Source: Octopus sinensis
Lineage: Eukaryota
NCBI RefSeq assembly: GCF_006345805.1
Contig: NC_042997.1
Location: forward strand, 186,186,001 to 186,250,000
Direction of reading: 5' to 3'
DNA: 64,000 bases
Shown here: piece by piece, positions 27,629 to 40,989 of the stretch
How the letters are laid out: the number at the start of each line of letters is the position of its first letter
Numbering within the stretch: the first letter of the stretch is position 1
Notes under the pieces: model-generated
Databases searched by the model: none
Told to the model about the DNA's origin: nothing
Seen by the model: only the letters and a program-made list of their open reading frames with translations
Position numbers and translations under genes: made by a program

Positions 27629-28640
27629 TATATATATATAATATTAATATATATATATATATATATATATATTTAGGAGAAATAGTGAGAACGACAGAGA
27701 GAAAGCTGTACATTAAATCCACGTATATGTACGTATACAGACAGAGACTCATAGAACTTCATAGACATACTTCAAAGAAAGACAATGTATAATAAATATA
27801 TAAAATCACACATATTCTCAACAGGTTTATGGAGAATTGGTGTTTTATGGTGCCAAGTAAAACTGGGCCAAATTCTGCAACAAATATATTTCATACATTG
27901 GTTACCTAGGAAACTAATTTGCTGCTGGAAATTTTACGTTTCCGATTGTTTTGACTAACACGTGATTTGTATACACACATACACACACACACACAAGTGT
28001 GTGTGTATGTATGTAGGTATTTAGGTAGGTAGGTATATATACGTCTGTCTGTGTATTTGTGTATGTCTGTGTATTCTGATATATTCAGAATTAAGTCACC
28101 CTCTCTGTAATGCTAATAAGCAGGAATTGAGACCCACCTCGTTGTGATTAACAATGGATAAATTTGTCTTCTGTGAGTATGTAATCCCTCATCATATCTC
28201 TGGAAATTCATATGTGCTCTATGGATTAGGTCACCTTCTCTGTGATGCTATTAAAACTTTTTTTTAAATTCTGTGATAAGACTGTACATCATCTTTAAAG
28301 AACTTTAATGAACTTTGGAAATCTGTTTATGTTACTTAATTATCTACATTACTTCATGAGTATAGCCTCAACCACTAGGATGTCTAGAGAACTCACATGT
28401 TTTTAGCTGATGAGTACGGGACACGTTTATATGCTGTAATTTTTACAACTTTTAATAAAGCCTGTCCTTGTATGAAACGATTGTACTAAAAACCTATCCA
28501 TTCTTGTTGCTTCTTTCTCGCTTATAATCACCCCACATTACTGTATTGTTAAAACAGTATAGTTTTTTTTTTGGTGCATCTAAGTTAGGTACCATATTCA
28601 ATAAATTCATTTAAATTAACTTGATCTTTATTGCTTTTTG

Positions 28641-28674
<34 letters not shown>

Positions 28675-28707
28675 ATTATATATATATATATATATTATAT
28701 ATATATA

Positions 28708-28782
<75 letters not shown>

Positions 28783-28823
28783 TGTGGTGTGTGTGTGTGT
28801 GTGTGTGGGGGTGTGTGTGTGTG

Positions 28824-29120
28824 TGGAGGCGCAATGGCCTAGTGGTTAGGGCAGCGGACTCTCGGTCGTAGGATCGCGGTTTCGATTCCTAGACCGGGCG
28901 TTGTGAGTGTTTATTGAGCAAAAACACATAAAAAAGCCCCACGAGGCTCCGGCAGGGGGTGGTGATCCCTTCTGTACTCTTTCACCACTCTTTCTCCCAC
29001 TCTTTCTTCCGTTGGCCTGCTCGCTTAGCCAGTGGGTGGCGTCATTCGAAGGCTAAAACAATGCGAACGCATTGTGACCAGCGATGTGTAGCAACAGCTG
29101 ATGGTCTGGTCGGTCACATG
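28824..29120 (+). mobile_element. SINE family C variant
   Basis: ggaggcgcaatggcctagtggttagggcagcggactc..ggtttcgattcc tRNA-like head. Confidence 0.8.
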
Positions 29121-29127
29121 ATGATGA

Positions 29128-29158
<31 letters not shown>

Positions 29159-29339
29159 ACTTATTAAGTTTTACTTCCCGGTAATTCCATTCCGCTTTGG
29201 TAAAATATATCCACTCTACATTTACAATGTATTTGTTCTTTATGGAGTTGTCTTATTCTTGATTTTTATTCGAGGATTGCATACATGTATGTATGTATGC
29301 ACTTAAATGATAAACTTGTGGAAAGTTTTAAATATTTTT

Positions 29340-29700
29340 ACAGTTCCAGAAATAAACTGAATCTGTAGTCTTCGAATCAGTTTTCCCCTTTCTGGTTTTG
29401 AGAAGACTAATTTCTCAAGATTGATAATTTAGGCAGTGGGTTTTATATCCCAGTGCCCCAATAATTACAGGTATAAGCCTGAACTTGTAATCTAGATAGA
29501 GCAACCGCAGATTTCTTAATAGTTCAGCGTAAGTACTTTGTTTTTCGCTGATCTTTACATTTATGTTAATACTTGCTGGGCAGATGTTAACATAACTGCA
29601 CACAGTTTCTCTTTTCATTATATCAGGTCTATTGTGTTTACATTTTATTGAGGTTTTCACCGGAACGTTACACCAGTACTCCATTTTTTGTATGAGTGAC
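29340..29700 (-). pseudogene. R4/Dong-type restriction-like endonuclease fragment
   Basis: HNRPDI ... K..TYAELLRNLRLLY...IPVIIGALG. Confidence 0.75.
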
Positions 29701-29849
29701 TATGACTTTAACCATACTGCGAGTTCTTATTTCTTTGCCCTCAGAATTACCCAGTGGACGGATCACGTTATACAGTGCCCTAGCAACAGCACCATGTGAT
29801 GTGGGTGATATTTTCGGCGTGTATGCATGTATGTACTATGTATACACTT

Positions 29850-30498
29850 TACTCTACTCTTTTACTTGTTTCAGTCATTTGACTGTGGCCATGCTGGAGC
29901 ACCGACTTTAGTCGAGCAAATCGATTCCAGGACTTATTCTTTGTAAGACTAGTACTTATTCTATCACTCACTTTTGCCGATCCGCTAAGTTACGGGGACG
30001 TAAACACACCACCATCGGTTGTCAAGCGACGTTGGGGTTGGACGCCCGAGCCTATAGTAGAAGACACTTGCCCAAGGTGCTTCACAGTGAGACTGAACCC
30101 GGAACCATGTGGTTGGTAAGCAAGCTACTTACCACACAGCCACTGCTGTGGCATCTTGGGCAAGTGTCTTCTGCTATAGCCCCGGGCCGACCAATGCCTT
30201 GTGATTAGATTTGGTAGACGGAAACTGAAAGAAGCCTGTCATATATATGTATATATATATATATGTATGTGTGTATATATGTTTGTGTGTCTGTGTTTGT
30301 CCCCCCTAGCATTGCTTGACAACCGATGCCGGCGTGTTTACGTCCCCGTCACTTAGCGGTTCGACAAAAGAGACCGATAGAATAAGTACTGGGCTTACAA
30401 AGAATAAGTCCCGGGGTTGATTTGCTCGACTAAAGGCGGTGCTCCAGCATGGCCGCAGTCAATGACTGAAGCAAGTAAAAGAGAAATGAGTAAAAGAG

Positions 30499-30500
<2 letters not shown>
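29850..30500. mobile_element. Two family A SINEs head-to-head (- 29850-30146; + 30147-30500)
   Basis: Homology; junction at cagccactgctgtggc. Confidence 0.9.
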
Positions 30501-30535
<35 letters not shown>

Positions 30536-30540
30536 ATATA

Positions 30541-30580
<40 letters not shown>

Positions 30581-30614
30581 GGGGGAGAAAGAGAGAGGGG
30601 GATATATATATACA

Positions 30615-30646
<32 letters not shown>

Positions 30647-30972
30647 CATACATACATACATACATACATACATAGAGAACCTATACGCTATGCATCGTGA
30701 ACCATAATAGTTTGACTAGTTTCTTAAAAATAAAGGTTTACTTTTAAAATTTCTAAATGCTTCAAACGAATTGAATCCAATATATTTACGTTAGCGTGCT
30801 ATCGTGTGTATGTGTATGTGCGCTTGTGTGTGTGGTGTGTGTGTGTTGCATATAAATAACTGATTTAGAATATCTCAATTGTAAGCCAGAATCCAACTTC
30901 AAAGACCATTGGGAATTAGATTCTGGTAAATTAATAATGGCCCATGTTTTAACATCTAAGGTACACTAACCA

Positions 30973-31003
<31 letters not shown>

Positions 31004-31134
31004 CGTGTGTGTGCGTGTGTATGTATGTATTTATGTGTGTATATATGTACTATAGCTGTAGATATACAATATGTGTATATATATATATAGTTTTTATATA
31101 TATATATATATATATATGTATTATATATTAAAAC

Positions 31135-31165
<31 letters not shown>

Positions 31166-31189
31166 GTCGTAATATGAATATACATAACA

Positions 31190-31234
<45 letters not shown>

Positions 31235-31322
31235 TATATGTATGAATATATGGATGTATGTTCATACATACATATATTAAATATTTATGTATGTATATAT
31301 ATATGTATATAGTTGTAATATT

Positions 31323-31363
<41 letters not shown>

Positions 31364-31393
31364 CACACACCCACCACATACACAATATATATA

Positions 31394-31424
<31 letters not shown>

Positions 31425-32040
31425 AGCACATATGTGGGTTTGCCATGGACCTGCTGAGAAAGGAAATAAATACACACATCCAGGATCTTATCTTACGAGA
31501 TATAAAACAAACCCCCGACATTGCTAACCACCAAGATCTTAGTTTCAAATATTTCTTCAATATGAAAGCCGACTTGTTTGCCTTAGCTGTGAAAGCAATT
31601 TGTGTTTGTCGGAACAAAGTGAATATCAAGATTTTTTTTCAAACTCTTGTTTTTTCTTAACACTAACCTACAACCATACAGAGTCATACACAAATACAAT
31701 ACCATATACATATTACCCATATGTTGACACGCACAGACACTTATATACATACATGTATATATATATATATTATATATATATATATATATTTGGTTTCTGT
31801 TTTTGGCAATGGTTTTAATGTCCATATTCATGTTATATACAACAAGGTTCGTTATTATTCATAGTCATATGTATTTCCTTCAGTTTCAAATTAATGTGTT
31901 AGTTCGGGTTATATTATCTTTAAAACTAAATACACTCTTTCATCCCAACCACCCTAAATATTTATATACATACTCCTCCGATATGACATTCCATATATGC
32001 CTGTATGTGTGTGAGAGAGACAGAGAGAGCGAGTGTGTGT

Positions 32041-32140
32041 NNNNNNNNNNNNNNNNNNNNNNNNNNNNNNNNNNNNNNNNNNNNNNNNNNNNNNNNNNNN
32101 NNNNNNNNNNNNNNNNNNNNNNNNNNNNNNNNNNNNNNNN
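32041..32140. other. Assembly gap (100 N)
   Basis: Run of N. Confidence 1.
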
Positions 32141-32433
32141 AGGTCACTCGGCCTCACCATACACGCCCCGCTTCCAACCATATTCCTTTCCTTATAAATA
32201 CATACATGCGTATTCAAGTTTCCTTTGAAATAAATGGCTTTTTATCTTTGCTGAATTTGGTGGATACATTTTTATTTTCTCAAATAATTTCAATTCGAGT
32301 TTACAAACGTGGCGTGATATGGAAGCAATATGTGATATTATCGTATACCGTGTACTTGTTTCAGTCATTCGATCGTGGCCATGCTGGTGCAATGCCTTGA
32401 AGGATTTTAGCCGAAAAAAATCGAACTCAATAC

Positions 32434-32496
<63 letters not shown>

Positions 32497-32559
32497 TAGT
32501 TTTATTTTTATAGCGTGCTTTCACTTCACTACCGAGCGCAGCTCTGTGTGCCTTGGGTA

Positions 32560-33010
32560 TAGGCACACACCTTTTCTGGTGTGTGCCTATACCATCTTTT
32601 TTCTGTTGTTATTCCATAATGTTGGCATAGCTTCCAATGTATGTAGGTTCCAACTCTGTCATGTCTGTGAATATATTCCTTCTTAGCCAGGACTGGGCAG
32701 CTAGAGATAATATGATTTATTGTTTCTTGTCCATCTCCACATATTCTGCAGTTACTTGTAATATTTCTTTTCATTACATGTTTTTGGTCATTTCTGGTGG
32801 GGAGGCTTTGGTCTTGTGCTGCAATTAAAAATCCCTCTGTTTCTGCTTTGAGTCCTGAGCTTCTCAACCATTGCTGGGATTTTTCTTTGTCTATTTCTTT
32901 TGCTTTTAGTTTAGTCCAGTATTTACCATGAAGGGGCTTTTCTTGCCATCGTTTTATCATGGTTCGTTGCTGTTCTATTTTTAGTTTGGATTTCATTTGT
33001 TTTATATTTT
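32560..33010 (-). pseudogene. R4/Dong-type non-LTR element fragment (CCHC knuckle region)
   Basis: WQEKPLHGKY, LKAETEGFLIAAQDQSLPTRN, CRICGDGQETINHIISSCPVLAKKEYIHRHDRV; 5' side abuts (AAT)n. Confidence 0.88.
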
Positions 33011-33012
33011 TA

Positions 33013-33071
<59 letters not shown>

Positions 33072-33072
33072 G

Positions 33073-33108
<36 letters not shown>

Positions 33109-33260
33109 GTTGTTGTTACTTTAAGTCTAGTACTTATTCTATCGACCTCTTTTGCCAAACGGGGACGTAAACAAACCAAAGTTTATCGCTAAGCGGTGGT
33201 AGATTACAAACACAAATACAAAGACACACACAATTACGTTCTTGTCCCATTTTGTATTTA

Positions 33261-33295
<35 letters not shown>

Positions 33296-33604
33296 TATAT
33301 ATATATATATATTATATTGCTGCTTAACACAATCAAAGACATGAATTCATAACTACCTCGAACCCACAAGAGTAAGAAAAAAGAAAAAATGAGAGAAAGA
33401 GACAGGCAGAAACAAGGAAAATGCTCCTTGTATTTGAATACTATGGAAATATTTTTTTTTTAAATTGTTCATTTCATTTTTCCATGACTTAATTATTTTT
33501 CATACTTTACTCTAAGTTGAAAAAGTTTCAATGTCTGAAACCGGTACTAAAATGCTTTTCATGATAAATTTATTTTAGCAATGTTTACTTTGTTTTATTT
33601 TCCT

Positions 33605-33686
<82 letters not shown>

Positions 33687-33710
33687 TGTGTGTGTGTGTT
33701 TGTGAGTGAG

Positions 33711-33959
33711 TGGAGGCGCGTGGTTTAATGGTTAGGGTGGCAGCATCATGATCGTAAGATTGTGGTTTCGATTCCTGGACCGGGTGACGCGTTGTGTTCT
33801 TGAACAAAACACTTCATTTCACGTTGCTCCAGTCCACTCAGGTAGCAAAAATCAGTAACGCTGCGATGGACTGGCGTCCCGTCCAGCTGGGGAACACATA
33901 CGCCATAGAAACCGGGAAACAGGGCCCATAAGCCTGGGTAGGTTTTAAAATGGCGCATT

Positions 33960-33962
<3 letters not shown>
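33711..33962 (+). mobile_element. SINE family C (tRNA head ggaggcgcgtgg..tagggt..ggtttcgattcc; CORE-like)
   Basis: Box A/B-like motifs; homologues at 905-1050 (-), 12375-12665 (-), 28824-29120 (+). Confidence 0.85.
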
Positions 33963-33994
<32 letters not shown>

Positions 33995-34854
33995 ACAGGA
34001 CGGAATTATTTTAGTTTCAGTCTAATAAATCCACTGGTCAGTCTGGGCCACTTTCCCAATGAACCATGTAGAGGGATGGAACCCGAAACTATGTGATTGG
34101 GAGATAAAATTCTGCTTATCTTTCGCTGTTTTGTGTCCTGTTATATTTGTAAATTTCGTTTTTTTTTGGGGGGGGGAGAACTGGATCTAGTTGTGATTCC
34201 TTGTCGACCATTTTCTTTGACTAAAGCCTCATACCTATAGCTTTTGGATCATAGTCAACAACCTGTTATGTAAAGGTCACAATTTAATTGTGTTTTTTCT
34301 TTAAATTTCCTCAGTGTATGCATTCTGTATATCTTACTTAACGTAGATATACTGCACAAAATCCCAAAACTGAGGAATTCGCCTCGAGAAAGTACCTTGA
34401 GGAGAATAATGAATTTTATCCAGCCTGCCGGTTATTTGCGAGGAGAGAGGTTTGTTAATCACTGTTTTTCTAAATCAAGAGAGCATGTGACTGATTGTGG
34501 AAGCTTGTTACCGATGACGCGCAAAAGCGCAGAAATCTTGATTCAGCAATTTCACTTTCACTGTTTGATTCTTTCCGTCTGCTTCTCGGTATACTTCTGT
34601 GCTTTTTGCATAATATGTCTATGAGAGATGCTTTCTCGAGATGAATACCGCACTTTTGTGACTTTCTAATGCCACGCTATGTAAAGAAAAAAAAAACAAA
34701 CACGATGCTATTTAAACTAATTCTTTTTCCGTCACAATTAACGACCTTCAGTATATGTTGTTCTTGCAGCTGCCGTCATGCAAAATAATATTACAAAAAT
34801 AACAAGGGGCTCGGTTTCACTGGTCTCTGAGGGTCTGCAAATGCCACGTGTAGA

Positions 34855-35075
34855 AGCCTTTCAAACTAGACCAGACCAGTAAAAGGAAGAATGGGGAATG
34901 CTCTCTATTATGGTCGCCAGAAAGCGTGAAATTAAAAGCAGAACACGAGGAAATCTAACGCCACTGCACCAAGAGGGTTTCCTTGTACAATAGATGGACT
35001 GCTGGGATAAGCTAAGAGAACTGAAGCTCTAGTTCTTGAATGGAAAGCGCGGAAGATATGCAGTGATATATATCT
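34855..35075 (+). pseudogene. Highly decayed CR1 RT C-terminal fragment
   Basis: LLWSP... MDCWDKLRELKL*..RGRYAVIY, homologous to the 62.7-kb CR1 region. Confidence 0.5.
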
Positions 35076-35300
35076 CTTTTACTCTTTTACATGTTTCAGT
35101 CATTTGACTGCGGCCATGCTGGAGCACCGCCTTTAGTCGAGCAAATCGACCCCGGGACTTATTCTATGTAAGCCCAGTACTTATTCTATCGGTCTCTTTT
35201 GCCGAACCGCTAAGTGACGGGGACGTAAACACACCAGCATCGGTTGTCAAGCAATGCTAGGGGGACAAACACAGACACTCAAACGCACACATACATATAT
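35075..35300 (-). mobile_element. SINE family A 3' half
   Basis: Homology to family A. Confidence 0.88.
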
Positions 35301-35305
35301 ATACA

Positions 35306-35622
35306 TTTGCCTTTCATCCTTTCGTGGTCGATAAATAAAGCACTAGTTACGAATTGGGGTCGAAGTAATCGACTTAATCCGTTTGTCTGTCCTTGTTTGT
35401 CCTCTCTGTGTTTAGCCCCTTGTGGGTAGTAAAGAAATAGGTATTTCGTCTGTCTTTTCGTTCTGAGTTCAAATTCCGCCGAGGTCGACTTTACCTTTCA
35501 TCCTTTCGGGGTCGATAAATAAAGTAACAGTTTCGCACTGGTGTCGATATAATCGACTTAATCCCTTTGTCTGTCCTTGTTTATCCCCTCTATGTTTAGC
35601 CCCTTGTGGGCAGTAAAGAAAT
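35306..35622 (+). mobile_element. SINE family B, double partial
   Basis: Homology to family B. Confidence 0.88.
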
Positions 35623-36584
35623 ATATAAGTCTATATTTCTGGTGTCCTTGACTTTTCATTCAAGAATTCATATACGCAAATATATATATACGTATGTTTA
35701 TGTGTGTGTGTATTTGTGTACGCGTATGATGAGGGGGGGGGGAAGAAAATGTAAAAAGACATAAAGTCTTGATATATTGGTAGTTAGAAAATGTTTCTTT
35801 CGCGTTTGACAATAATTATTAATGAAAACATTTCCTCAATATTAAACAGTTCTCAGTGCAAGTGGCTTACAGCTACCCGCCAGTTTGTCACCAAAGAAAT
35901 GCACCCATGGAACCCGAGAATTTAATGAAATTATTATGTTATCGCAGTTTTTCTTCAGAGTAGCAATTAATTGCAGAGTACATAATTGTTTTAGTGAGAT
36001 TTTTCTGCTGGTTTTTGTTGTTGTCTGTGTTTTTTTTTTTTTTTTTTTTTTTTGCGTCGTATATTGCAAATTTTCATAGATTTTAGAATTTTTTTAAATT
36101 CTAGATTTTAGATCAGTATTTTCGCCAAAAAAAAGACAAACATTACTTTACTATAATTTTTATTTTATTTATTGAATCTATGTGTTCATATTTATTAATC
36201 CGTTCTTTTTTTTTCTTGTTTTGTTTTGCAGTTTTATTTTATTTTTCATTTATTTTTCTGTCTCTAATATCCTTCTTTCCTGTTTGATTCGGTAGCGTGA
36301 ATATTTTCCTTTGAAGTTACCCAGAAAAATATTGGTTGCTACCGAGAGAGAGAAGCTTCATTTGTCACTAATGTCAAATTAGAAATTCCTAAAAAAAGGA
36401 ATTAATCAAAAAAAAAGTTAATAAGGCTTCTCTTATTACCCGGTAAAGTTTGTTACAGGTGAGTAAACGTGCAAATGCGTATATTTATGTGTATTTATGT
36501 GTGTGTAAAAGATGTGAGTTTTACTGCATGTATATCTGTACGATATTCTTACGCTTGTGTGTAAATTAAACGTTGCCTTCCATT

Positions 36585-36778
36585 CTTTTACTTGTTTCAG
36601 TCATTTGACTGCGGCCATGCTGGAGCACCGCCTTGAGTCGAACAAATCGAGCCCGGTGCTTAATCTTTATAAGCCTAGTACTTATTCTATCGGTCTATTT
36701 TGCTGAACCGCTATATTACGGGGACGTAAACACACCAACATCGGTTGACAAACGATGGTGGGAGATAAACAGATACAA

Positions 36779-36862
<84 letters not shown>

Positions 36863-36920
36863 CTATATATATATATATACGACGGGCTTCTTTTCAGTTT
36901 CCGTCTACCAAATCCACTCC
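36585..36920 (-). mobile_element. SINE family A (head truncated by the PLE)
   Basis: Homology to family A. Confidence 0.88.
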
Positions 36921-37536
36921 CAGAACGGGCGGACAAAGAAATAGTACTAGTTAGCTTTGAAGTAACTAGTCTCTACGCAAATATTTCCTATATATATGGA
37001 CTAGAAGCAGTAGAATTCTGGATAAACAAATACCCACAAAGAATTTAGGAGTGCTTCTCAAAAGAATTTATGAATTTATATTTGAAGGTTTACGGATAGT
37101 ACTAGAAAACAACTACTTCTTCTTTGATAATCAATGTTATCTACAAATACAAGTCATTGCGATTGGGACGAATATCGCACCAACATTTGCTACACTAGTA
37201 ATGGGATACCTAGAAGAAAACATCTACACCCTATCCAGAACTATTTTTAACTACCACTTCCAAACCTAACTTATAGGAAACTAGAAAAGATTCTTAGATG
37301 ACTGCTTTATATTTTGGAATCGAAATAAGGAGGACCTTACAAAATTTCTTAAATTAATAAATAGCATTCATGTCTCAATCCAATTCGCTATGGAATTGAA
37401 CGAAAAGGAACGTCCCTTTCTGGACATCCTGATAATTAAAGAAAATGGGACATTTACGACTGACCTCTACTACAAGAACACAGGCACACACCAATATTTA
37501 GATTTTAGCTCTTGCCACCCTTCCTATACAAAAAAG

Positions 37537-37767
37537 GAGCATACCTATTTCTTTACTACCCACAAGGGGCTAAACACAGAGAGGACAAACAAGGACAGAC
37601 AAACGGATTAAGTCGATTATATCGACTCCAATGCGTAACTGGTACTTATTTAATCGACACCGAAAGGATGAAAGGCAAAGTCGACCTTGGCGGAATTTGA
37701 ACTCACAACGTAACGGGAGACGAAATACGGCTACGCATTTCGCCCGGCCTGCTAACGTTTCTGCCAT
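37537..37767 (-). mobile_element. SINE family B inserted in the PLE RT
   Basis: Homology; flanks rejoin as CHPSYTKK..IPYG.VSRIC. Confidence 0.92.
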
Positions 37768-38090
37768 ATGGTAAGTCGCATATGCACAATAGTCATAGAT
37801 ACTGTTAGACGAGAGAAACAAAAGGTAGAACTTAATATATTTCTTCAGAAGCAAAAATATCCCAAGTTGATTCAACATGCCACAACAAAAGCAAAGGAAA
37901 TCCCAGTCTCGACGTTGCAGAGAAAGACTCAGGCCAGGTGTGAAAATAACAATACAAATACAAATATTCCATTTGTTGTCACCCCCAATCCTAGAAACCA
38001 CAACATCCTGCACTCAGCCAAACTATACCTCACAGTTCTACATCAATCACCAAATCTCCAGCGAATAATTAAAAAAAAACACAAATTATC

Positions 38091-38495
38091 GCAGGAGTGG
38101 CTGTGTGGTAAGTAGCTTGCTAACCAACCACATGGTTCCGGGTTCAGTCCCACTTCGTGGCACCTTGGGCAAGTGTCTTCTGCTATAGCCCCGGGCCGAC
38201 CAATTCCTTGTGAGTGGATTTGGTAGGCGGAAACTGAAAGAAGCCCGTCGTATATATGTATATATACATGTGTGTGCGTGTATGTTTGTGTGTCTGTGTT
38301 TGTCCCCCTAGCATTGCTTGACAACCGATGCTGGTGTGTTTACGTCCCCGTTACTTAGCGGTTCGGCAAAAGAGACCGATAGAATAAGTACTGGGCTTAC
38401 AAAAGTATAAGTCCCGGGGTCGAGTTGCTCGATTAAAGGCGGTGCTCCAGCATGGCCGCAGTCAAATGACTGAAACAAGTAAAAGAGTAAAAGAG
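38091..38495 (+). mobile_element. SINE family A inserted in the PLE ORF
   Basis: Homology; PLE reading resumes at agacaaccaccaaac (RQPPN). Confidence 0.92.
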
Positions 38496-38888
38496 TTGAA
38501 GACAACCACCAAACCTCAGGAGACTCCTAACAAAGGCGAAATTCACATTTGAAAAAGAAACAATGCAAGTAACCACTGTGGGGGCCTCCGTTGCGGGACA
38601 TGCGAATTAATTGAGCAAGGGGCAACCAAAAGACTCAAGAATCAGAAGGAATTAAAAGTGAATACAAATATGAATTGCAAAACAAAACAAAAAAAACCTT
38701 AACTCAATTGCCCACAATGCAATGAAAACTATATTGGGGAGACAGGAAGGAAACTGACCAGCCGTTTAAATGAACATAAACAACAAACGAGGGTTTTATC
38801 TCTGAGGAATATTCCATGCAAATGGCGTTGTGCTTAAGAGCGCGGACTACTAACCCAAAGATACCGAGTTCTATTCCAGGCAGTAACC

Positions 38889-38937
<49 letters not shown>

Positions 38938-38984
38938 CAACATCGAAAAATACCTTAAGAATGAGAACACAGGTTCGAAATTCT

Positions 38985-39197
38985 TTCTACTCCAGGCACA
39001 AAGCCCGAAATTTAGGTGGAGGGAATCAGTGCATTAGATCGACCAGAGTAAGCAACTAGGACTTAATTTATCGACCTCGAAAGGATGAAAGGCAAAGATG
39101 ACCGCGGCGGAATTTGAACTCAGAACGTAAACACAGACGAAATACTGCTAAGCATTTCGTCCGGCGTGCTAACGTTTCTGCCAGCTCGCCGCCTTTT
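38985..39197 (-). mobile_element. SINE family B variant
   Basis: Homology to family B. Confidence 0.85.
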
Positions 39198-39199
39198 TG

Positions 39200-39665
39200 T
39201 AATAATGAAGATGTTCGTGATGATGATGATAATGATGACGATGACGACATTGATAATGAAAACGACAACGACGACGGCGACGATGATGGTAATGATAATG
39301 ACTACGATGCTGTTTCTGCAGCTACTGATGATGATGGTGATGATGATGATGATGATGATGATGATGACAACGATGTGGGTGTTGATGTTGATGATGACGA
39401 CGACGACGATGACGATAGTGATGATGATGGTGATGATGATGAGGATGATGATGATCACCACGACGACGACGACGACGACGATGATGACCACGATGATGAC
39501 GACAAGATGACCGTGTTGATGATGATGATGGTGATGAGGATGACGACGAAGATGACCGTGTTGATGATGACGATGGTGATGATGATAACGACGATGATAA
39601 CGACGATGATGACGACGAAGACGACCGTGTTGATGATGATGATGATGATGATGACGATGATAAGT
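39200..39665. repeat. (GAT/GAC)n trinucleotide tract
   Basis: Direct reading. Confidence 0.95.
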
Positions 39666-40031
39666 ATTTTGTTCAACTGATGTTACACAAATATGCATGT
39701 ACTTGAGGGAGAGAGAGAGAGAGAATGAGAAAGAGTAGCTTGTTTCACATGTAAGATATACCAACATAATCAACAGACAATTTAACCTAACCCGTGTTAA
39801 GTAAATACTGTGGTTCACACCACAAGTTTTTATCTCTCCTTCGCAACGAGATTAAATTGTATGTTTATTAAAAAGGTGTATCTTACATTTCAAATAATCT
39901 CCACAACAACACTACAGTGTAGTGTACTATTAGTACATCTGTGTGCGCGTGTGCATCTGTGCGCGTGTGCATCTGTGCGCATGTATGCGTGTGTATAACT
40001 GTGACTCAGATAACTTGAATCCATACATTAT

Positions 40032-40079
<48 letters not shown>

Positions 40080-40193
40080 TGATGATGAGGATGATGATAT
40101 GGATGGCTATATATATATATATATATATAATATATATATATATATACATACATATTTACATACATACATACATCTACATATGTATATATATAT

Positions 40194-40227
<34 letters not shown>

Positions 40228-40242
40228 ACATACATACATACA

Positions 40243-40293
<51 letters not shown>

Positions 40294-40319
40294 ATATATA
40301 TACATACATACATACACAG

Positions 40320-40930
40320 AAAGATATATAGATATTATTCAATTGCAAAAACAGAGTAGCTGCGAATTGTCAGCCTACCCAGCCACCATCAGGCTGTCTC
40401 ACATTTGAGAACACTTAAAATACAAAAAAACTAAATTTGTATATGACCTAAAGCTGACATACCTAAAGAAACACACCTAAATAAACATGCTTGACTGAAA
40501 TCTCAACGCTAACCTTCACCTCCCCAAAACAAACAGGTAAAATTTCCCCTTGTAAGCAAATAAAGTCAACAACAACAAACCTATTTACACACCAGCTGAT
40601 CAACTAACTTTTTCACTTGCATTCTTTTCTTAACCCTAAAAACAACCCCCAAATACGAAGATGATACACATAAAAATATACATCTGTACTCTAAACACTA
40701 ACACAGCTCCAACTTTGATTAATAAAAGCATTCTATAATGCTTTTCCATCAGAACTTAACTTACAACCTACTTACCGTTCAATAGAGCACTACCTACCCC
40801 AGAAAAAAAATACATTTACCAGAGACTGTATAAAGCCAAGATGAATTGAAATGTAGAACAGTCCGATGAAAGCTAAGCAGGCCGAAACTACGAAGCCGCT
40901 CTCAACACTATTCTTGTACAAGAATACTAA
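40320..40930 (+). mobile_element. Probable 3' part/UTR of the same PLE, with a degenerate hammerhead (~40857-40905)
   Basis: A/C-rich non-coding segment; ccgatga-a-agc..gcc-gaaa-ctacgaagcc resembles a decayed CTGATGA..GAAACTACGTAGTC. Confidence 0.4.
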
Positions 40931-40989
40931 ATATGTACGAAAAGTATTGCGTAATCATTCATTTTAATGTAAAATTGTTTTTATTATTA

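Larger units (their letters stand above)
36921..38795 (+). pseudogene. Penelope-like element: decayed RT, Cys-rich linker and GIY-YIG endonuclease, interrupted by two SINEs
   Basis: Motifs SFEVTSLYANI, AIGTNIAPTFATLVMGYLEE, RFLDDCF, PFLDILI, TDLYYKNTGTHQYLDFSSCHP, RQPPNLRRLLTKAKF, LRCGTC, LNCPQCNENYIGETGRKLTSRLNEHKQQ; multiple stops and frameshifts. Confidence 0.9.

Noticed and set aside
28090-28255. ~30-bp imperfect direct repeat (attaagtcaccctctctgtaatgctaataa / attaggtcaccttctctgtgatgctattaa)
   Set aside because: Only two diverged copies and no further structure; likely an old local duplication
31445-31660. 71-aa ORF, possibly a LINE C-terminus
   Set aside because: No diagnostic motif to assign it
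32041-32140. ORFs spanning X residues
   Set aside because: Artefacts of the N gap
33711-33785. tRNA genes at SINE heads (also 28824, 15596, 53356)
   Set aside because: Box A/B-like motifs are present but there is no complete cloverleaf; they continue into SINE bodies
34500-34680. Open minus-strand frame after a good acceptor (RGIRKSQKCGIHLEK…)
   Set aside because: No recognisable domain; weak donor; may be decayed repeat
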